The notes under the pieces are model-generated. The model saw only the letters and a list, made by a program, of their open reading frames with translations, did no database searches and was not told the DNA's origin. Position numbers and translations under genes: made by a program. This document shows, piece after piece, positions 40,754 through 45,729 of a DNA stretch of 45,729 nucleotides; position 1 is the stretch's first letter, and each line of letters begins with the position of its first letter. Source of the stretch: Candidatus Zixiibacteriota bacterium (lineage in GTDB: Bacteria > Zixibacteria > MSB-5A5 > GN15 > FEB-12). The stretch is from NCBI GenBank assembly GCA_041742355.1, contig JBGSIV010000300.1:1-45729 (forward strand), read 5' to 3'.

Positions 40754-40786
40754 AAACAGAAAGGGCGGGAGCAATTCTCCCGCCCT
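40754..40786 (-). terminator. Rho-independent terminator after the kinase gene
   Basis: AGGGCGGGAG-aattg-CTCCCGCCCT followed by TTCTGTTT on the minus strand. Confidence 0.7.
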
Positions 40787-40817
40787 CGTTTCGGCTGTAC
40801 GGTTTATCGGCCGAGGT

Positions 40818-43800
40818 TCAACTGGTCAGCTGGGACAGTCGTTTGCGCGCGTCTTTGATTTCTTTGGTCTCGTATTCGGCCTTGCCCCAGTAGCGGAGCA
40901 TCTCCTCGAACCGGGCTTTGGCGCCGGCCTTGTCGCCCAGTTCATGCTCCGCCACGCCGATCTGGTAGAGGACATACGGGTAGAGGAATCCGCTGGTTAC
41001 CTCTTCCTCTCCCGAGAGGGATTTCAGCAGGAGGTCACGTCCTTCGCTGTAACGGCCCGACCAGACCATAAAGAACCCGGCTACCCGTTCGTTTGCGCTG
41101 CCCTGTCCCGGCTGCTGCACCTTCTTCAGCCCGATAAATCCGTCGATGATTCTGGCCGTATCGGTGGTACAGTAACCGTCGAGGATGATCTGCAACTGGT
41201 CGATGATGGGCCAAAGGGAGGCCGGGGTCCGCTGCTTGAACGACGCAGAGGCATCGGCGAAGACCTCGCGAGCGTGTCCGCAATGCGCCGGATCCAGTCC
41301 GGCGTACCGCAGGGCGACGTCCAGGTTGTTAAACTCACGACTCCACTTCTCCTGTTGCTGGAGCGCCCAGAGCATGCTGTCCCGGTTGTCCATACGGTGG
41401 TAATAGTCGAAGAGGTTACCGTAGGCGTTGCGGACGTATGAGCTGTCCTCGGTCTCGAACGCGTACTTGAGGCTTCGATGGGTGTGTTGCAGGCCGGTTC
41501 GGAATTTCCCCTGCCAGTTGGCCAGGTCGGCCCGGTTTCCTTCGTAGTTGATCAGGCGGTAGGGATCGTCGCCGATCCGTTCCTTGTACTCGTCGAGATA
41601 TTTCGACGCGGCCTCGAAATCCCTCCTTCGTACCGAGAGTTCGGAGAGATGTACCCACGGGCGGGGCAGATTTGGGAAGAGTCCGGTCATGGTCTGGTAC
41701 TCGTCAATGGCCGCCTGGATGTCGCCCTGATCACGGTAGAGGTTGGCCAGGCTGGAGTATCCGACCGGTGAGTCGGGATGGTAGGTCTTGATCTTGTTGT
41801 AGCAGGCGATGGCGGAGTCAACGCGACCGATCTGGGCGTACAGCTCCCCTTTCCATGACAGCACCAACTGGCTGGCCGGGTCCGATCGGAGGACGGTATC
41901 ATAGTGCGCCAGCGCCACAGCGCTGTCGTGGTCAAATTGCCAGTTGATCAGCCCGTAGAACGCCCGGGCTTCGTTGTCGTCGGGGTAGTTGTCGACGTAC
42001 GCGCTGAGCTTGACGGTAGCCGCGTCGAACTGCTGCGACAGCCAGATGTCGGAGTAGATGTCCAGGAGGGATCGATCCCGGACGGGGAGGCTTTCGCTGA
42101 ACTGCCTGGCCCGGGCGAACGACTGGGCTCCTTTCTGCGGCCGGCCGGAGAAGGCGTGGGCCATGCCGATGCGCATGTAGGCCAGAGCGAAGCCGTCGTC
42201 AATTCTCAGCGCCGATTCGAATTTCTGGATCGATTCGTCAAACTGCTCGTTGTCAAAGAGCTGCATCCCGTCGAGGTAGAGCTTGTAAGCTTCGGGAGAC
42301 TTGGTTGTCACACTGGCGATCGATTGCTCGGGGGCGGCATCGCTGACGTTCAGCGAGGCGGCGATTTTGCCGGTCAGGCTGTCGACCAGCGCAAACGGAT
42401 CGTCGCCGACCACTTTTTCGGCCAGGACAATCTGGCCCGATCCGGCATCTTCGAGCCGGGCATCGATGCGGATTCGGTCGCCCATTTTGAAGTAAGCGCC
42501 GGTGAGCACAGTCGAAGCCCCGAGCGATTGTGCGGCCTCAACCATGTCGGCGTGGGAGACTTTGCGATTCAGGCCGGCAATGGTCACACGCGCCATCTCA
42601 AAGGCCTCGCGGACGCCCGGGACACCGTCGAGGGATTCGCCGTTCATGGCCTCTTTCATATCGCGCTTGGCCTGCTCAATCTCAGCGAGGTCTTCCTCGG
42701 ACAGATCGCCGGAGGCGAAGGAGGCGTCAGCGCGGAGATGATCGAGCACCCGGTCCCGGCTGATGACGGTGATCGAGCCGGTCTGGGCCAGGTCGGTCAT
42801 GAGAATTTCGGGGAGGCCGGTTCGCAGCCAGTTGAGCGTGGTATCGCCGGTCTTGTTCTCGAAATCGAAGACGGCGACGACCTTCCCCTTCGGCTGCAAC
42901 GGCGAATCGCTCCGGGGCGCCGATTCACCGCTTCCCGACTGCCCGCCGAAAAACTTGAAAGCCGCGAGCGCCGCCACCACCAGCACGACGGGCAGAATGA
43001 CCGCATACGTCAGGCTCTTGCCCTGCAATTTCCATGTTTTCGTACGGCGGAACTCGCCGGAAATCGATTCGGTCACGCCGGAGTCGAATTGGCGCCGCAG
43101 GTTGCGCAGGTCGACCGCCAGATCGGCCGCCGACTGGTACCGATCGTTCGCGTCTTTCTGCAGGCACTTGTCGATAATCCGCTCCAGTTCCGGCGGGACA
43201 TTCTCATTTTTCATCCGCGGCGGTTCGTGCCGCGCCTCGAGTATCTTCGCCAGCGTGGACACCTGCGATTGTCCGGCAAACGGGAACTCCCCGGTCACCA
43301 TCCGGTACAGCAGCACCCCGAACGAGAATATGTCCGTGCGGACGTCGATCGGCTCGCCTTTCGCCTGCTCCGGGGACATGTAGGACACGGTGCCGACGAT
43401 TTTTCCCGCCCGGGTCAGCTCCTGCGACACGGTGTCGGTGCTGTTGCTGTCGCCGAACTGGACGGGGTCGACCGGCTTGGCCAGGCCGAAATCGAGGATC
43501 TTGGGATTCCCCTCTTCATCGATCAGGATGTTCGAGGCCTTGATATCGCGGTGCGCGATATTAAGTTTGTGCGCGGCGGCGAGACCAGCCGCGATGCGCG
43601 ACCCGATGCGGATAACGCCGCCGATATCCGGGTTCTTCGACTGGAAATACTCGCCGAGCGGAATGCCCTTGACCCGCTCCATCACGATGTATTCCAGCTC
43701 GCGTCCCGAATTGGGATCCGGCGCCGCGCCGATGTCGAAAATCCCCATGACATTCGGGTGAGAAATCTGGGCCGCCGTCCGCGCCTCCCGCTGGAATCGG

Positions 43801-43961
43801 TGCAGCCGCTCGGCGTCGTCGAAGTACTCCGCCAGAATGACCTTCAGGGCCACTTCGCGGTTGAGCTTCAGATCCTCGGCGAGGAACACCGCGCCCATCC
43901 CTCCCGAGCCGAGCTCGCGGATTATCCTGAAATGCGCAAATTCCTGTCCCGGCTGAAGCAT
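40818..43961 (-). CDS. Hanks-type Ser/Thr protein kinase with a TM helix, a TolB-N/CsgG-like domain and TPR repeats
   Basis: LGSGGMG, VALK, HRDIKASN, DFGLAK, GTVSYMSPEQ; TM 'YAVILPVVLVVAALAAF'; 'VAVFDFENKTGD...WL..GLPE'; TPR-like helical repeats. Confidence 0.92.
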   Translation of the reverse strand: MLQPGQEFAHFRIIRELGSGGMGAVFLAEDLKLNREVALKVILAEYFDDAERLHRFQREARTAAQISHPNVMGIFDIGAAPDPNSGRELEYIVMERVKGIPLGEYFQSKNPDIGGVIRIGSRIAAGLAAAHKLNIAHRDIKASNILIDEEGNPKILDFGLAKPVDPVQFGDSNSTDTVSQELTRAGKIVGTVSYMSPEQAKGEPIDVRTDIFSFGVLLYRMVTGEFPFAGQSQVSTLAKILEARHEPPRMKNENVPPELERIIDKCLQKDANDRYQSAADLAVDLRNLRRQFDSGVTESISGEFRRTKTWKLQGKSLTYAVILPVVLVVAALAAFKFFGGQSGSGESAPRSDSPLQPKGKVVAVFDFENKTGDTTLNWLRTGLPEILMTDLAQTGSITVISRDRVLDHLRADASFASGDLSEEDLAEIEQAKRDMKEAMNGESLDGVPGVREAFEMARVTIAGLNRKVSHADMVEAAQSLGASTVLTGAYFKMGDRIRIDARLEDAGSGQIVLAEKVVGDDPFALVDSLTGKIAASLNVSDAAPEQSIASVTTKSPEAYKLYLDGMQLFDNEQFDESIQKFESALRIDDGFALAYMRIGMAHAFSGRPQKGAQSFARARQFSESLPVRDRSLLDIYSDIWLSQQFDAATVKLSAYVDNYPDDNEARAFYGLINWQFDHDSAVALAHYDTVLRSDPASQLVLSWKGELYAQIGRVDSAIACYNKIKTYHPDSPVGYSSLANLYRDQGDIQAAIDEYQTMTGLFPNLPRPWVHLSELSVRRRDFEAASKYLDEYKERIGDDPYRLINYEGNRADLANWQGKFRTGLQHTHRSLKYAFETEDSSYVRNAYGNLFDYYHRMDNRDSMLWALQQQEKWSREFNNLDVALRYAGLDPAHCGHAREVFADASASFKQRTPASLWPIIDQLQIILDGYCTTDTARIIDGFIGLKKVQQPGQGSANERVAGFFMVWSGRYSEGRDLLLKSLSGEEEVTSGFLYPYVLYQIGVAEHELGDKAGAKARFEEMLRYWGKAEYETKEIKDARKRLSQLTS

Positions 43962-45613
43962 TACTTTTTCCTCTGCACTATGAGCATCGTTATGTCGTCC
44001 GACTGCGGTGCCTCCAGCACAAACCGCCGGATTTCCTCCATGATTCGCTCACACATCTGTGACGCTTCGAGTCCCCGTCCCTGCGTCAGCACGCTTTCCA
44101 GCAGCTCTTCGCCGAACTGCGAGCCGTCGACCTTTTCCGCTTCGGTCACGCCGTCGGTGAACACGACGACCGACTCCCCCGGTCCCAGCACGATGCACTC
44201 CTCCTGCCAGCCGTCGAACGGAAACGCTCCGATCATGATTCCCGAGGCCTCGAGGTGCTCGTGGCTCCCGTCGGCCCGAACCACGATCGGCGGATTGTGC
44301 CCGGCGTTGATGAACCGCACCTCGTTGGTGCGCGGATCGATGATCCCCACGAACAGGGTGGCGAAATTTTCGGGCGCGCTGTAGCGGCAGAGCTGGTTGG
44401 ACACCTGAATGACGACCTGCCGGAGGTCGAAGTCCGCCTGTCCATAGAGAATGCGGAACGAGGCCAGGATATTCGACATGAGGAGCGCCGCCCCCATTCC
44501 CTTGCCGCTGACGTCGGCCACGAGGAACAACACCCGGCCGTCCGGCAGGGTCGCGACGTCATAGAGGTCGCCTCCGACCTGGCGGCTTTGCTCCTGAAGC
44601 GCATGGATCACGTAGCCGTCCAGCGGCGGGTACGACCGTGTCAGCAAGTTCTCCTGGATCGACGCGGCTCGGGCCAGCTCGGCATCCATGACCTGCTTCT
44701 CCTGGCGTTCTTTCAGAAGCGTGTAACTGAGCATCCGGGAGCCGAGGATATTCCCGAAGGTGGCCAGCAGCCGGAGGTACTCATCGCTGTACCGGTGCAT
44801 GGGATTGGTGGTGTCGACGTAGAGGATGCCGTGGACATTGCCTTCGTCGAACAGCGGCACCGCCATGGCCGACTTCATGGCCGACATGATGATCGACTGC
44901 TGCTGCGCGAAGCGCGGATCCTCGGTCACATCGCCGATCAGGATTGATTGCTTTTCGCTGAGAATCTGCCGTACGATCGTGGTCGAGAGCCTGAACTCGC
45001 CCATGTCCTTGTTGGTCGGCAGCAGGGTCGCGGCCGTGTACAAGGCGTCGCCATCCTGGCGCACGAGTACGGCAAGGCGATCCGCGGGGATGACCTTGGA
45101 GATCAGTTCGAGCGAGCGGTGCAGCATGACATCCTGCGGCTCCGGCAGCACCAGCATTTTCGCCATCTCGAACAGGGTCGGCACTACTTCGGGCCGCTCC
45201 GTCACCCGTGAGGGGAGCGGCTTGAGCGCTTCGTTGATATCGAGGTACACCGACCGCTCCGGCTCGATATCGGACAGCCGGGTCATTCCGGATCGGCCCT
45301 GGGTCGACGGCATGGCGTCCGAGCCGTCGGTCAGGCGAAACTCCACCTGTCCGAAGATAACCGTATCCCCCGGTTTAGCCGGCACGCGGTCGGTCACCCG
45401 CAGCCCGTTGATGCTCGTGCCGTTGTGGCTGGCGAGATCGGTTATCCACACCTGCGGGCCCGGTTCGAGGACCTCGATCTGTGCGTGGTTGCGGGAGACG
45501 GTTCGGTCGGGGATGGTCAGGTCGCACTCGGGGCGGCGCCCGACCACATACGAGCCCGGTTTGAGGTCAAAGGCGTACACTTTCTGTCCGTCGGTACCGA
45601 TGAGCTTGATCAT
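43961..45613 (-). CDS. FHA-GAF-PP2C (SpoIIE/RsbU-like) phosphatase
   Basis: FHA 'VVGR...VSRNHAQI...DLASHNGT', GAF 'SAMAVPL....HGILYVD', PP2C 'VGGDLYD', 'ADVSGKG', 'NAGHNPP', 'FTDG', 'DDIT'. Stop overlaps the kinase start (TAATG). Confidence 0.9.
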   Translation of the reverse strand: MIKLIGTDGQKVYAFDLKPGSYVVGRRPECDLTIPDRTVSRNHAQIEVLEPGPQVWITDLASHNGTSINGLRVTDRVPAKPGDTVIFGQVEFRLTDGSDAMPSTQGRSGMTRLSDIEPERSVYLDINEALKPLPSRVTERPEVVPTLFEMAKMLVLPEPQDVMLHRSLELISKVIPADRLAVLVRQDGDALYTAATLLPTNKDMGEFRLSTTIVRQILSEKQSILIGDVTEDPRFAQQQSIIMSAMKSAMAVPLFDEGNVHGILYVDTTNPMHRYSDEYLRLLATFGNILGSRMLSYTLLKERQEKQVMDAELARAASIQENLLTRSYPPLDGYVIHALQEQSRQVGGDLYDVATLPDGRVLFLVADVSGKGMGAALLMSNILASFRILYGQADFDLRQVVIQVSNQLCRYSAPENFATLFVGIIDPRTNEVRFINAGHNPPIVVRADGSHEHLEASGIMIGAFPFDGWQEECIVLGPGESVVVFTDGVTEAEKVDGSQFGEELLESVLTQGRGLEASQMCERIMEEIRRFVLEAPQSDDITMLIVQRKK

Positions 45614-45729
45614 GCCGTCATATTCTCTGTGTGACTGATTAAGGACTCTGCTGGAGCGATCCAGTATAATCAGATCGTCCCATACTTGCTAACTAAAAAC
45701 GCCGCGATGCGGGCGAAGCCGTTGATCTC

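Noticed and set aside
41904..44384. 826-aa plus-strand ORF
   Set aside because: Antisense shadow of the kinase and phosphatase genes.

Overview
GC-rich bacterial chromosomal segment, probably from candidate phylum Zixibacteria or a related FCB lineage. This is inferred from Cys-containing dockerin-like C-termini of the 'SDLTYLVNYLFxGG' type and from 'PNPY...GK(I/F)A(I/V)I' C-terminal domains. About 32 CDS and one tRNA. The window is rich in exported peptide-processing enzymes: glutaminyl cyclase, an S9 peptidase, a Met-zincin, an M16 pair and an S8 protease with cohesin/dockerin-like modules. It also holds a sigma54-type minor-pilin operon (pilV-pilW-pilX-pilX), an isolated Sak4-like AAA ATPase plus ssb pair next to tRNA-His, several small enzymes (EVE, pcm, alpha/beta hydrolase, methyltransferase, nitroreductase), pfkA/beta-CASP/LOG genes divergent from glgP, two large tandem paralogous secreted proteins, an MFS gene split by an in-frame TAG, and a translationally coupled FHA-GAF-PP2C phosphatase / Ser-Thr kinase pair. 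The most unusual items are: a tRNA-His without G-1/C73; the Sak4-SSB module with no phage genes beside the pilin genes; a ~1 kb non-coding mosaic of direct repeats and REP-like hairpins; a RelA zinc-finger/DUF2250 fusion; and proteins that each carry both cohesin-like and dockerin-like domains. All family calls come from motif recognition by eye, not from database searches.
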